This document shows, in pieces, positions 35,857 to 52,310 of a stretch of DNA of 64,000 nt. The stretch spans positions 2,688,001 to 2,752,000 of the forward strand of contig OY762897.2 in NCBI GenBank assembly GCA_963666515.2. The letters run 5' to 3'. A program made the position numbers and the translations under genes. The notes beneath the pieces were generated by a model. It was not told the DNA's origin and made no database searches. It saw only the letters and a list, made by a program, of their open reading frames with translations. This DNA comes from Candidatus Binatia bacterium (GTDB taxonomy: Bacteria > Desulfobacterota > Binatia > UBA9968 > JAJDTQ01). How positions within the stretch are numbered: position 1 is the first letter of the stretch; every line of letters begins with the position of its first letter.

Positions 35857-37025
35857 GCTGGAACTCCCTCTGCTTCTACGGTCGCCGTCCGTTCTTCCAG
35901 GCCGAGACGACGCGCCACGGGAAACACCTCGTCACGGAGCAGGCTCATGGTCTGATGGACGCTCTCGTCGGGCACGTTGCCGATCTTGACGCTGAGATTG
36001 GTCACGCCGTGACCGAACTCCTCGTACAGTCGCGTGATCTGTTCGATGGCCATGTCGGGCGTCCCACACATGACCAGGCCGCGCTCCATCCGTTCCTCAA
36101 GGGAAAGCTGATTGTGTGTCCGAAGCTTGGTCGTCTGGCGTTCGGCGTCCTGTTCGTCTTTGAAGTAGCGGGTCTTCTGGACCACCAGCCGCTGCGCCGT
36201 GCGGATGCCGCCGCCCAGCACGTTGAAGAAGTAGTCGTAGCCCTGGCGCAGCGTCTTGACCGCCTCGTCCCTGGTCGGGGCGACGGAGCAGTTCATGGCG
36301 AGGATGATGTTGTGCGGCTGCGGCTCCCAGCCGAGCTTTCGTGCATGTTCCCTGTAGACGTCGATGGAGTGGTGCGCGGTTTCGTAATCCTGGACGCGCA
36401 GGACCCCCATGGTCGCGCCGTGCTCGGCGGCCAGGCGCGCGGAGCCGTCGCTGCTCGCCGACATGACGATCTCGGGGTGCGGCTTCTGGGCCGGCTTGGG
36501 CCAGATCGAGACTGCGCGGAACTGATAGTATTCGCCCTCCCAGCCGAACGGCTCCGGCTCGGTCCAGGCCTTCTTGATCAGCTCGATGGCCTCGTTCATG
36601 CGCCCGTAGGACTCGCTGGGCGCCACGTTGTAGGCCACGTACTCATGCGGAATGCCGCGCATGAACCCGGCCACCAGCCGGCCGCCGGAGATCATGTCCA
36701 GCATGGCGTATTCCTCGGCCACGCGGATCGGGTTGACGATCGGCACGATGTTGCCGGATTGCAGGATCATCGACTTGCGGGTCCGCTCGGCGACGCAGGC
36801 GCCGATCAGGTTGGGGTTCGGCATCAGCCCGTAGGGGCTCATGTGGTGCTCGTTGTTGCCGATCCAGTCGAAGCCGCATTCTTCCGCGAACACCTTGGTG
36901 TCGATCCCTGCCCGGAAGATCCGCATGCCTTCGTCCGGCTGGAACTGCTTGTTGGCCACCGGCCAATCCTGCCCTACCCTGGTGACTCCGGTATAGGGCA
37001 TGTGGTGCGTGTATGAGAATTTCAT
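35853..37025 (-). CDS. LLM-class flavin-dependent monooxygenase
   Basis: GFDWIGNNEHH, PIRVAEEYAMLDMISGGRL, WPKPAQKPHP. Confidence 0.9.
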   Translation of the reverse strand: MKFSYTHHMPYTGVTRVGQDWPVANKQFQPDEGMRIFRAGIDTKVFAEECGFDWIGNNEHHMSPYGLMPNPNLIGACVAERTRKSMILQSGNIVPIVNPIRVAEEYAMLDMISGGRLVAGFMRGIPHEYVAYNVAPSESYGRMNEAIELIKKAWTEPEPFGWEGEYYQFRAVSIWPKPAQKPHPEIVMSASSDGSARLAAEHGATMGVLRVQDYETAHHSIDVYREHARKLGWEPQPHNIILAMNCSVAPTRDEAVKTLRQGYDYFFNVLGGGIRTAQRLVVQKTRYFKDEQDAERQTTKLRTHNQLSLEERMERGLVMCGTPDMAIEQITRLYEEFGHGVTNLSVKIGNVPDESVHQTMSLLRDEVFPVARRLGLEERTATVEAEGVPA

Positions 37026-37151
37026 TCCCACTCCTTGGGAGGGCGCGGCCCGTTCCATTGGGATCGGGAAATACTGGACGGTTCGCTTGGGTGCGCGTCT
37101 GCATCCTCGGTCAATGTCCTATGTCTTGTCAACCATGAGCCGGACGCGCAC

Positions 37152-37220
37152 GAATTGGACGGAGGTCCATTCCGAATTGGACGGCGAGCCATTCCGAAAC
37201 GGACGGAGTCCATACCGTCC
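37152..37220. repeat. Three tandem ~22-bp direct repeats upstream of the LLM operon promoter
   Basis: GAATTGGACGGAGGTCCATTCC / GAATTGGACGGCGAGCCATTCC / GAAACGGACGGAGTCCATACC; minus-strand TTGACA at 37127-37132. Confidence 0.75.
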
Positions 37221-37249
37221 TGATACGCGCGTCCGAGGCACACCGGTCC

Positions 37250-38934
<1,685 letters not shown>

Positions 38935-38935
38935 C

Positions 38936-39715
38936 CTATTTTCTGGCACCAAAGAGCGGCACCGGCAAGCCTCCTCCCGTGGCCGAAACGGCGCCCGGCG
39001 CGCGCCGCTCCCACGATTCCCGCACGGGCTTGAAGCTGCAACGGTGGATGGGACAAGGCCCGTAGCGGTCGAGGGCCGCTGAATGCCGGCGGCTCCGGTA
39101 ACCCTTGTGGCTGGCGAAACCGTACTCGGGATACAGAGCGTCCAGCTCCACCATCATGCGGTCCCGAGCCACCTTGGCGATGATGGACGCCGCCGCGATG
39201 GAGAAGCACAACCGGTCACCGCCCTTGAGGGTGCGCTGCGCCGGGGCGGCTGTCCACGGCCCGCCGTCCCCCACGAGGCTGGCGGCGGGAATGCCGTAAG
39301 GACCGTCCACCATCAGATAATCCGGGGCCAGGTTCAGGCCCCGCACGGCGCGGGCCATGGCCAGCAGGCTCGCCTGCAGGATGTTGAGGTCGTCGATCTC
39401 GCGTGAATCGGCCACGCCCACGGCCCAGGAACCGGCCCTCTCCTTGATCCACTCGGTCAGACGCTCGCGCTTCCTGGCCGTCAGGAGCTTGGAATCCTTG
39501 ACGTCAGGATTGAACACACCCGGCTCGAAGACCACGGCAGCCGCTACCACCGGACCGGCCAACGGGCCCCGGCCGACTTCGTCCACGCCGGCGATTCGCC
39601 GGAATCCCCGCGACAACGCGTCCGTTTCATAGAACGTGCCGTCGGGTCCGCGACGCTCCAGAGCGAGCAAACGGCCGTTTCGGGACGGTTCTGGCGAGGT
39701 TCGTTTGCCGGGCAT
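38936..39715 (-). CDS. rnhB: Ribonuclease HII
   Basis: GVDEVGRGPLAGPVVAAAV, KDSK, SIAAASIIAKVARD, HKGY; start uncertain. Confidence 0.95.
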   Translation of the reverse strand: MPGKRTSPEPSRNGRLLALERRGPDGTFYETDALSRGFRRIAGVDEVGRGPLAGPVVAAAVVFEPGVFNPDVKDSKLLTARKRERLTEWIKERAGSWAVGVADSREIDDLNILQASLLAMARAVRGLNLAPDYLMVDGPYGIPAASLVGDGGPWTAAPAQRTLKGGDRLCFSIAAASIIAKVARDRMMVELDALYPEYGFASHKGYRSRRHSAALDRYGPCPIHRCSFKPVRESWERRAPGAVSATGGGLPVPLFGARK

Positions 39716-39740
39716 TCGAGGCGTATGATAGAAAATCGGC

Positions 39741-40028
39741 GTGAAAATCACCAGCGAAGAGGTCCGTCATGTGGCCACCCTCGCCCGTCTGGACCTCACA
39801 CCGGACGAGCAGGAACGACTCACCGGCCAGCTCGACCGCATCCTCGACTACATGGACAAGCTCAACGAGCTCGACACCGAGAACGTCGAGCCGATGTCCC
39901 ACGCGGTGAACGTCGTCAACGTCCTGCGCCCGGACCGGGCCGTCAACCAGCCCCGGACCGAGGACTTGCTGCGCAACGCTCCCGCCCGCGACGACGACTT
40001 CCTGAGCGTCCCCAAGATCATTGAATGA
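39741..40028 (+). CDS. gatC: Asp/Glu-tRNA amidotransferase subunit C
   Basis: [30 protein letters not shown]. Confidence 0.95.
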   Translation: MKITSEEVRHVATLARLDLTPDEQERLTGQLDRILDYMDKLNELDTENVEPMSHAVNVVNVLRPDRAVNQPRTEDLLRNAPARDDDFLSVPKIIE

Positions 40029-41488
40029 CGGTTCACGACCTTACCCTGCACGAGTTGCACGAACGGCTGCGAGCCCGTGAGTTGAGCGCGGTGGAGCTGG
40101 CGGAGGCGCTGTTTGACCGCATTGAGGCCACGGACGGTGCCATCGGCGCCTATCTTGCCGTATGCCGCGAGCAGGGCATGGAAGAGGCGCGCCGGGCCGA
40201 CGAGCGGCTCGCCGCCGGCGATGCGTCCTCGAAGCTCCTGGGCATACCGGTGGCGTTCAAGGACGTGCTCCTGACAGAGGGCCTGCCCACCACCTGCGCC
40301 TCGAAGATCCTGCAGGGTTTCACGCCGCCCTACGACGGCACCGCGGTGCGGCGCCTCCGCGAGGCCGGGGCAGTGGTGCTGGGCAAGACCAACATGGACG
40401 AGTTCGCCATGGGCTCCTCCACCGAGAACTCCGGCTACGCCGTCACCCGCAATCCGTGGAACCTCGGCCATGTGCCGGGCGGCTCCTCGGGCGGCTCCGC
40501 CGCCGCGGTGGCGGCCGGCCAATGCGTCGCGGCGCTGGGCACCGACACCGGCGGATCGATCCGCCAGCCCGCGTCGTTCTGCGGCATCGTGGGCCTCAAG
40601 CCCACCTACGGGCGGGTGAGCCGGTACGGCGTGGTGGCCTACGCCTCGTCGCTAGACCAGGTGGGGCCCATGACCCGGGACGTCACCGACTGCGCACTGG
40701 TGCTCCAGGCCATCGCCGGCCACGACCCCGCGGACTCCACCTCGGTGGACGTACCGGTGCCGGACTACGGCGCGGCGCTTACGGGAGATGTCAAGGGATT
40801 GAAGATCGGCGTGCCGAAGGAGTATTTCGCAGCCGGGCTCCAGCCCGAGGTGGAGCAGGCTGTACGAGAGGGTATCGCAGAACTGGAGAAGGCCGGCGCC
40901 GTGGTGACGGAGGTATCGCTGCCGCGTAACGACTACGCCGTGGCCGCCTACTACGTCATCGCGGCCGCCGAGGCCAGCTCGAACCTGGCACGCTACGACG
41001 GCATGCGCTACGGCCCCCGTGCCCAAGCCGGGGACCTGACCTCCACCTACATGAAAAGCCGCGCCCAAGGCTTCGGGCACGAGGTGAAACGGCGGATCAT
41101 GCTGGGCACCTACGTGCTCTCCGCCGGCTACTACGACGCCTACTACCTCAAGGCGCAGAGGGTGAGAGCCCTGCTCAAGCAAGACATGGAGTCGGTCCTG
41201 ACGGACTGCGACGCCATCGTCGCGCCCACCTGCCCCACCACCGCCTTCAAGCTCGAAGAGATGATCCACGACCCGCTACAGATGTACCTGTCGGACATCC
41301 TCACCATCTCGGTGAACCTCGCGGGGCTACCGGCGTTATCCGTGCCCTGCGGCTTCGACCGCACCGGCCTACCCATCGGCATGCAGATAATCGGCAAACA
41401 CTTCGACGAGGCCACGCTGTTGCAGGTGGGCTACGCCTACGAGCAAACCACGGATTGGCATACGCGGAGACCCGTGCTCCAGTTGTAG
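40025..41488 (+). CDS. gatA: Asp/Glu-tRNA amidotransferase subunit A
   Basis: [51 protein letters not shown]. Confidence 0.97.
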   Translation: MTVHDLTLHELHERLRARELSAVELAEALFDRIEATDGAIGAYLAVCREQGMEEARRADERLAAGDASSKLLGIPVAFKDVLLTEGLPTTCASKILQGFTPPYDGTAVRRLREAGAVVLGKTNMDEFAMGSSTENSGYAVTRNPWNLGHVPGGSSGGSAAAVAAGQCVAALGTDTGGSIRQPASFCGIVGLKPTYGRVSRYGVVAYASSLDQVGPMTRDVTDCALVLQAIAGHDPADSTSVDVPVPDYGAALTGDVKGLKIGVPKEYFAAGLQPEVEQAVREGIAELEKAGAVVTEVSLPRNDYAVAAYYVIAAAEASSNLARYDGMRYGPRAQAGDLTSTYMKSRAQGFGHEVKRRIMLGTYVLSAGYYDAYYLKAQRVRALLKQDMESVLTDCDAIVAPTCPTTAFKLEEMIHDPLQMYLSDILTISVNLAGLPALSVPCGFDRTGLPIGMQIIGKHFDEATLLQVGYAYEQTTDWHTRRPVLQL

Positions 41489-41501
41489 TGTCCCTTGCGC
41501 C

Positions 41502-43946
41502 CTACCAGTGGAGCGAGCCCTGCAGCGCGACCCCGTGCGAGGCCTCTGCGTCGCGGGCGTGCTCGCGACGATCTCCCTCGAGGCTCATGCTCAGGCCCTT
41601 GCCCACATTGAACCGCCCGCCCACGCGATAGGTCTCCCTTCCGGTCGCGGAAACCGAGAGACCGGCGTAGGGCGTCAGGATGCCGCCCATCGCGTCCATC
41701 CCGTAGCCCACCTCCGCGCGCACACGGGGCTCGATGTCGATCCCTTCATCGCCCAAGCGAGAGACGTCCCGCAAGCTCCACAGGCGCGCCGCACCGCCCG
41801 CGGTTGATCCCATGGCAGGCTCTACCGTTATCGCAAGACCTCGGCCCGCCTGATCCGGGTCGAACCGGATAAGGCCCCCCACTCCCCAGTCCTTCACGTC
41901 TTCTTCCGCGTGTGTGAGCAGGGTACGCGCGCTCACTTGCATCGTCACGCCTGCGGCCGTGAAGCGAACGCTCCCGCCGACCTCCACGCCCATTCCCTCA
42001 TCCACGTCGCCTCCGTCGTGGCGAAGACCCACCTCCAGCGCAGGCCGCACCGATCCCCGGCCTTCCATGGCAATCTCGCGCACCGCCTCCAGCATCACCC
42101 GGATACGCGTCGTCTCCCCCGTGATGGATTCGAGACCGTCCTTCGCGTCCGCGTCCACCTGCGTCATCAACAGGTCGGACTTCAACGCAAGGTCGAAACC
42201 GCCCGTCTTCGATGCCGAAAGGAGCGCGCCGCGGAACCCGACCGCGCCCATGCGCATGTCGATGTCGGTCTCCACCACCTTCTCGATTACCTGCTCGTCA
42301 AGCGTCATCTCGCCCCGGCCCATCCCCAAGATGCCCCAGGCCGAGATTCGCTCGTTCAGCGCGAAGCGGACGTAGGGATGCACGCTGGTAAGGGTCGCCT
42401 CCATCTCGCTACGCCCCTGGTTGTCGAAGCCGCCCTTTCCACGCGCGTGGGAGAGCGCAACGCCACCGAGCCATCCGCCTTTCCCGTAGTCCACACCCAG
42501 CATGCCCGTGGTCACGTCGCCCTCGGTGGCGGCGGCGCCCTCGAACTTCGTGAGCGCACCGCGGCCCCAGGCGGTCCAGCGCCGGCCATGCGGGTCATCG
42601 GCTCCTTTCGCGGCGGACAGTTGGAACGAACTCCGCCCCAGAAAATCGGACAGAGACATGCCATGCGCGCCAGTCGGGGAACCGGCCGTGAGGGCGAAGC
42701 CGTCCTGCCCGCGGGAAAGGACCGCGTCATCTTCAGACTTCACGGCTTGCCCGCCGAGCACCATCTTCGCTCCGGCCGGCGCGGGGGAGTTCATGCGGCC
42801 GGAGATCATCTCTACCGCATCGCCCGCCACCGCGCGGCCGAAGCGCGCGAGCCAGCCCTGTGCCGACGCCATGCTCTCTTCCGACTCCGTGTCCGGGTCG
42901 CCGTAGATCCCCGCGCCGAAAATGAGCGGATATGCGACCGGACTCCCATCCGGCCTCGTGCGCTCGAAGACATGCTGGCGCGCGTAGGTCACCTTGGGGA
43001 CATCGGCCCGGTCCGTGGCGTCATCCGGGTTGTCGAAATAGTATTTCACGAAGCCGCCCCCGGGCGCCTGCGCCGTCCGGATGATCTGCGGCAGAATGAG
43101 CTCTCCGGTCACGACGTCTCTCAAGGTCGTGGTCGGGACCTGGAACTCGAACTTGTCCGGAAAGGCTCCGTGGAATATCGTGTAGCCGCTGGGCTCTATG
43201 ATGAAGAGATAGACGGGGCCGTGCCTCCAGGGTCCGCCGGGATCCCGGAATACGCTCTTTGCCTTCGTGAAGGCGCTGCGGCCTTCCGTCCGGTAAAGGT
43301 TGACAAGGTACTCCGTGGCCTCGTTGACGAAGGCTTTGAGGGTCGCACGATCCACCACCTGATCGGCCCGTACCGTGGGGGAACCGGGATCGACCGTTTC
43401 CTGCGCCAAGTGCGTTTCCTGAATGTCAAGACCGACAATGAGGACGAGCGGGCTGTTGTCGATGGCCGAACGATATCCGGCGGCGTAGCCGCCCCCCGGC
43501 AGAGAGCCCCCCTCGGGGTTCCCGATGGTTCCCGCTCGCGACAGACCGACCGCCTGGGCGATGCTCCGGTACAGACTGTCCTCCAGTCGCCTGCCGCTCA
43601 ACGCCGCCATGTCCGAGTGCAGGAAGATCCTGCCGTCGATCGACATGGTAACGACGTAAGTGGAGCCGGACTTCCAAGGTCCTTCATGTCTGAGAAGACA
43701 TCCGGCATAGATCAGGTCCGCCCCTGTCCGGAGGCCATCCAGATATCGTCTCGCCGCCAGCGCGAAAACACGCAGATCCCCGGTCCCCGCCTCCACCTGG
43801 GCGGCCGTTACGTCGGGAGGCGAAACCTCCGCAGCCCTCGCCGGGCGTGGGCAGGCCTCCTGCGCAAGTACAGTGGGTGCGGCGGAAAAGAACCCGGCAA
43901 GCGCCGGAACAAGTACCCCCAGAAGCATCTTGTTCAGAGTTCTCAT
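41502..43946 (-). CDS. Autotransporter beta-barrel protein with Cache-like passenger domains
   Basis: Signal peptide. Cache signature WRHGPVYLFII...IFHG...LRD..G...GGGFVKYYFDNP...PKVTYA...IFGAGIY, with a second degenerate copy upstream. WLARFGR linker helix, then amphipathic beta strands ending in W. Confidence 0.75.
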   Translation of the reverse strand: MRTLNKMLLGVLVPALAGFFSAAPTVLAQEACPRPARAAEVSPPDVTAAQVEAGTGDLRVFALAARRYLDGLRTGADLIYAGCLLRHEGPWKSGSTYVVTMSIDGRIFLHSDMAALSGRRLEDSLYRSIAQAVGLSRAGTIGNPEGGSLPGGGYAAGYRSAIDNSPLVLIVGLDIQETHLAQETVDPGSPTVRADQVVDRATLKAFVNEATEYLVNLYRTEGRSAFTKAKSVFRDPGGPWRHGPVYLFIIEPSGYTIFHGAFPDKFEFQVPTTTLRDVVTGELILPQIIRTAQAPGGGFVKYYFDNPDDATDRADVPKVTYARQHVFERTRPDGSPVAYPLIFGAGIYGDPDTESEESMASAQGWLARFGRAVAGDAVEMISGRMNSPAPAGAKMVLGGQAVKSEDDAVLSRGQDGFALTAGSPTGAHGMSLSDFLGRSSFQLSAAKGADDPHGRRWTAWGRGALTKFEGAAATEGDVTTGMLGVDYGKGGWLGGVALSHARGKGGFDNQGRSEMEATLTSVHPYVRFALNERISAWGILGMGRGEMTLDEQVIEKVVETDIDMRMGAVGFRGALLSASKTGGFDLALKSDLLMTQVDADAKDGLESITGETTRIRVMLEAVREIAMEGRGSVRPALEVGLRHDGGDVDEGMGVEVGGSVRFTAAGVTMQVSARTLLTHAEEDVKDWGVGGLIRFDPDQAGRGLAITVEPAMGSTAGGAARLWSLRDVSRLGDEGIDIEPRVRAEVGYGMDAMGGILTPYAGLSVSATGRETYRVGGRFNVGKGLSMSLEGDRREHARDAEASHGVALQGSLHW

Positions 43947-44021
43947 CGCATATTCCCCCTCCGTATCGCCTCTCACAGGCTGTCATGAACGGGACCCGAC
44001 GAAAACCGGGCTTTGCCCGTC

Positions 44022-45176
44022 TCACGCCGTACCCAGGATCAGCGTCGCGTGCATGGCCAGGCTGCCGCCGTGGCCGCTGATGATGCCGACCTTGGCGTCG
44101 GGGACTTGGCGTTCGGGCTCGACCTCGTTGCCGCGGAGTTGTCGGGCGCCTTCGGTGAGGTGGAGCATTCCCTCCAGGTGGGCTTGGGACAGGAGGCCGC
44201 CGTGGGTGTTGAGGGGGATCTCGCCGTTGATGCCGATGCGGCCGTCCTTGACGAAGTCCTTGCCCTCGCCCTTCTCACAGAAGCCGTAGTCCTCCAGGGT
44301 GATCATGGCGGTGATGGTGAAGCAGTCGTACAGCTCGGCGAAGTCCATGTCCTTCGGTTCCAACCCGGCCATGTCGTAGGCCATGCGCGAGGACTTGCGT
44401 CCGCCCAGGGTGGTGAGGGTGGGCGCGTCCAGCAGGCTGAAGTGGGGGTGGTGCTGCCCCATGCCGAGGATCACCACCGGCGGCTTGGGGAAGTCCTTCG
44501 CCCGTTCGAGGCTCGTCACCAGGACGGCGCCGCCGCCGTCGGACTCCAGCGAGCAGTCGAGCAGGTGCAACGGGTCCACGATCATGCGCGACTGCTGGTG
44601 GTCCTCGATGGTGATGGGCTTCTTCATGGTGGCGTTGGCGTTGAGCGACGCGTGCCGGCGGGTGGAGACGGCGATCTCCGCCAAGTCCTCGCTACGGGTG
44701 CCGAACTCGTACATGTGGCGCTGGGCGGCCAAGGCGTGGCCGGCGGCGGCAGCGAAGTGCCCCCAGGGCCGCTCCCAGTGCTCGTCGCCGCGGCGGATGG
44801 GGTAGCCGGGAGTAGCGTCACCGGTGGAGCGCTTGCGCGCGTGGACGCACAGCACCGTGCTGCACATGCCGGCGTCGATGGCCATGACCGCGTGCTGTAC
44901 CATGGCGATGGGCGTGGCGCCTCCCAGGGCCAGGTCGGTGGCGTAGACCGGGGTGATCCCGGCCATGTGCGCCAGCCGCACGGCATAGCTCCGGTGGGCG
45001 TCGTTCAGCGGCTGGTTGGTGAGAAACCCGTCCACCGCGTCGCCGCGGATCCCGGCGTCATCGAGACACTCGCGAATCGCTTCCAGGTGAAGCGAGTGGG
45101 TCGTGCCGTCCGGGCGCTTGCCTACCAGCGTCTCGCCCACGCCCACGATGGCGTATTTTCCCCCGAGATTGGCCAT
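44022..45176 (-). CDS. Thiolase-family protein (SCP-x/Ltp2-like, non-canonical)
   Basis: AIVGVGET, LLDCSLESDGG, ELYDCFT, PLNTHGGLLS; the usual N-terminal Cys position reads GGAT. Confidence 0.85.
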   Translation of the reverse strand: MANLGGKYAIVGVGETLVGKRPDGTTHSLHLEAIRECLDDAGIRGDAVDGFLTNQPLNDAHRSYAVRLAHMAGITPVYATDLALGGATPIAMVQHAVMAIDAGMCSTVLCVHARKRSTGDATPGYPIRRGDEHWERPWGHFAAAAGHALAAQRHMYEFGTRSEDLAEIAVSTRRHASLNANATMKKPITIEDHQQSRMIVDPLHLLDCSLESDGGGAVLVTSLERAKDFPKPPVVILGMGQHHPHFSLLDAPTLTTLGGRKSSRMAYDMAGLEPKDMDFAELYDCFTITAMITLEDYGFCEKGEGKDFVKDGRIGINGEIPLNTHGGLLSQAHLEGMLHLTEGARQLRGNEVEPERQVPDAKVGIISGHGGSLAMHATLILGTA

Positions 45177-45281
45177 GGTTCCTCCTTGCCGGGGCCGCGC
45201 CCCGCACGACAGCAATGATGCTGAATCCGTAACAGTAAACCGCGAATACCGTCAAGAATGGCCGCTCACCCATCCTCTCCG

Positions 45282-45312
45282 CCCCTGGATTCCCGCTTTC
45301 GCGGGAATGACG
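45282..45312. repeat. REP-like singlet, family A
   Basis: CTGGATTCCCGCTTTCGCGGGAATGAC. Confidence 0.8.
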
Positions 45313-45378
45313 AATTCGGGTCGTCGGTACCGCGTAGCGTGATTGCGGAGCCTCGGCCTTTCTGTTACCTGCCGGAGC

Positions 45379-46821
<1,443 letters not shown>

Positions 46822-46862
46822 CGGCTGGGCCGGCCGTGCGCGGCCCCACCGCTACCCCACCT

Positions 46863-46915
46863 CTGGACCCCGGATCAAGCCTGCCCCGGGCTTGATCCGG
46901 GGTCCGGGGTGACGG
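46863..46915. repeat. REP-like element, family A variant with nested insert
   Basis: CTGGACCCCGGATCAAG[CCTGCCCCGGGCTTGATCCGGGG]TCCGGGGTGAC. Confidence 0.75.
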
Positions 46916-46966
46916 ATGCGGGGAACCCGGGTGACGGGTTCGGGGGGGCGCTGCCGTCCCCTGCCG

Positions 46967-48153
46967 TCAGGTGCGGTAATCCGAGTTGATGCGCACGTAC
47001 TCGTGGCCCAAGTCGGAGGTCCACACAGACGTGCCGGCGCCGCCCATGCCGAGGCTGATGCGGACGGCGAAGGACGGGCGCTGCATGACCTTGGCGGCGG
47101 CGGACTCGCGGGTGCCCACGGCCAGGCCGCGGCGCACGACCTTGACGCCGCCCAGGGCCACGTCGATGGTTTCCTCCACCACGGGGACGCCTGCGTTGCC
47201 GATGGCCATCATGAAACGACCGATGTTGGGGTCCTGGCCGAAGAAGGCGGTCTTGACGAGCTTGGAGTTGGCGACGGTGAAGGCCACCTTGCGGGCCTCG
47301 GCCACGGTGCGGGCGCCATCCACCCGGATCTCCACGAGCTTCGTGGTGCCCTCGCCGTCGGCCACCACCTTGAGCGCCAATTCCTTCATCACCTGCGTCA
47401 ACGCCCGCTCCAGCACGTCCTCGCCCTCGCCGCCGCGGGTGATGCGCGGGTTGCCGGCGACGCCGTTGGCGAGGCACAGCACGGTGTCGTTGGTGCTGGT
47501 GTCGCCGTCCACGGTGATGGCGTGGAAGGACGCGTCCGCGGCCCGGCGCAGCATGGGCCGTAGCGCCGCGGGAGCGATGGCGGCGTCGGTGAGCACGTAG
47601 CACAGCATCGTCGCCATGTTGGGTGCGATCATGCCGGCGCCCTTGGCGATGCCGGCGACGTGAACGGTGCGCCCGCCGATGCGGCACGTCGCAGCCGTGA
47701 TCTTGGGGCCGTTGTCGGTGGTCATGATGGCCTGGGCGGCGTCCTGAAGCGCGTCGGGCACGAGCGCCGCAGCCGCGTCCGCGATGCCCCGCCCGATCTT
47801 GTCCATGGGGAGCCGAACGCCGATGATGCCGGTGGAGGAAGGCAGCACCCGGCCCGCGTCGATGCCCAGGTGACGGGCGGTCTCGGCGCACATGGCCTGC
47901 GCGTCCCGGAGGCCGCCGGGGCCGGTGCAGGCATTGGCGTTGCCGCTGTTGACCACCACCGCCTGCAGCAACCCGCGGCGCACGTGCTGCGTACCCGCGG
48001 TCACGCTGGGGCTCTTGATGCGGTTCCTGGTGAACACGGCGGCGGCAGCCGCCGGGCGCTCGGAGACGATCAGCGCCAGGTCCCTGCGCCCGCTCTGCTT
48101 GATGCCGCACGCCACGCCGGCGAAGCGGAAACCGGGCACGCCCGACGGCGGCT

Positions 48154-48169
<16 letters not shown>
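46967..48169 (-). CDS. argJ: Bifunctional ornithine acetyltransferase/N-acetylglutamate synthase
   Basis: [50 protein letters not shown]; alternative GTG start at 48157 overlaps the secA stop. Confidence 0.96.
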
Positions 48170-51636
<3,467 letters not shown>

Positions 51637-51848
51637 GGGTTCAGGATAGCGATTCAGGGGGCGAGTTTCAATTTCCGACCTCCTGCCGTCCTTCCGGCGA
51701 AGCCTGCACCCGACCCCGACCGAGGGGCGGGAACCCAAGGGATCGGCGGAGCGACCTGAACAGGTTGGCCAGAGCCAAAACCCAAGAGGAAATCGTGGCG
51801 GTGATCGCTGAGAGGCAGAGGTTTCTCGGCTTCACGGCAAGCGTTCGG

Positions 51849-52310
51849 TCAAGTTGTGATAGCCTCCAGTGAAGGAATCCCCTCATCCTTCGGTTTGCGG
51901 AAGTTGGTGACGACTCCATAGAAGTCATCTTCGTCGATCAACCAGATGTGTTTCCTGGCTATGACGAGGGCCTTCCTAAACTCCCTCAAGAAACCCATTC
52001 CGATCAAAACTTCGTCTGCCTCGGAAATCACCGCGGGACCGACTACCGTATCTTCCGAAAATATGGCCTTCACCTCGGCCCATGGAGCCTCTCTTTTGGA
52101 ACCGTCTGCCAACGACGACTCACCGGCACCTTCGATTTGAAGGTTGAGAAAATCCTTCATCCGCTCCGGGATTTGGATGAAACCAGTGAAGCCCGTGTCA
52201 ATGACTCCACACACCGACTCTATCTGAGGCGAATCCGTAGAAGGTCCCTCAAGCGTGAGCCTCAAGCACGGATCTTCGTCCTGGTAGAATCCTTGGATCA
52301 ATTTACTCAT
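51849..52310 (-). CDS. Clan AA (retropepsin-like) aspartic protease
   Basis: IDTGFTG, LADG and VLIGMGFL motifs. Confidence 0.8.
   Translation of the reverse strand: MSKLIQGFYQDEDPCLRLTLEGPSTDSPQIESVCGVIDTGFTGFIQIPERMKDFLNLQIEGAGESSLADGSKREAPWAEVKAIFSEDTVVGPAVISEADEVLIGMGFLREFRKALVIARKHIWLIDEDDFYGVVTNFRKPKDEGIPSLEAITT

Noticed and set aside
37152-37220. Tandem repeats as a mini CRISPR array or plasmid iterons
   Set aside because: The units are contiguous with no spacers, no cas or rep gene is nearby, and they sit in a promoter region next to serS.
39715-39741. Leaderless gatC transcript in the 25-nt rnhB/gatC divergent gap
   Set aside because: -10-like hexamers are present, but the rnhB start is uncertain and the promoter spacing is ambiguous.
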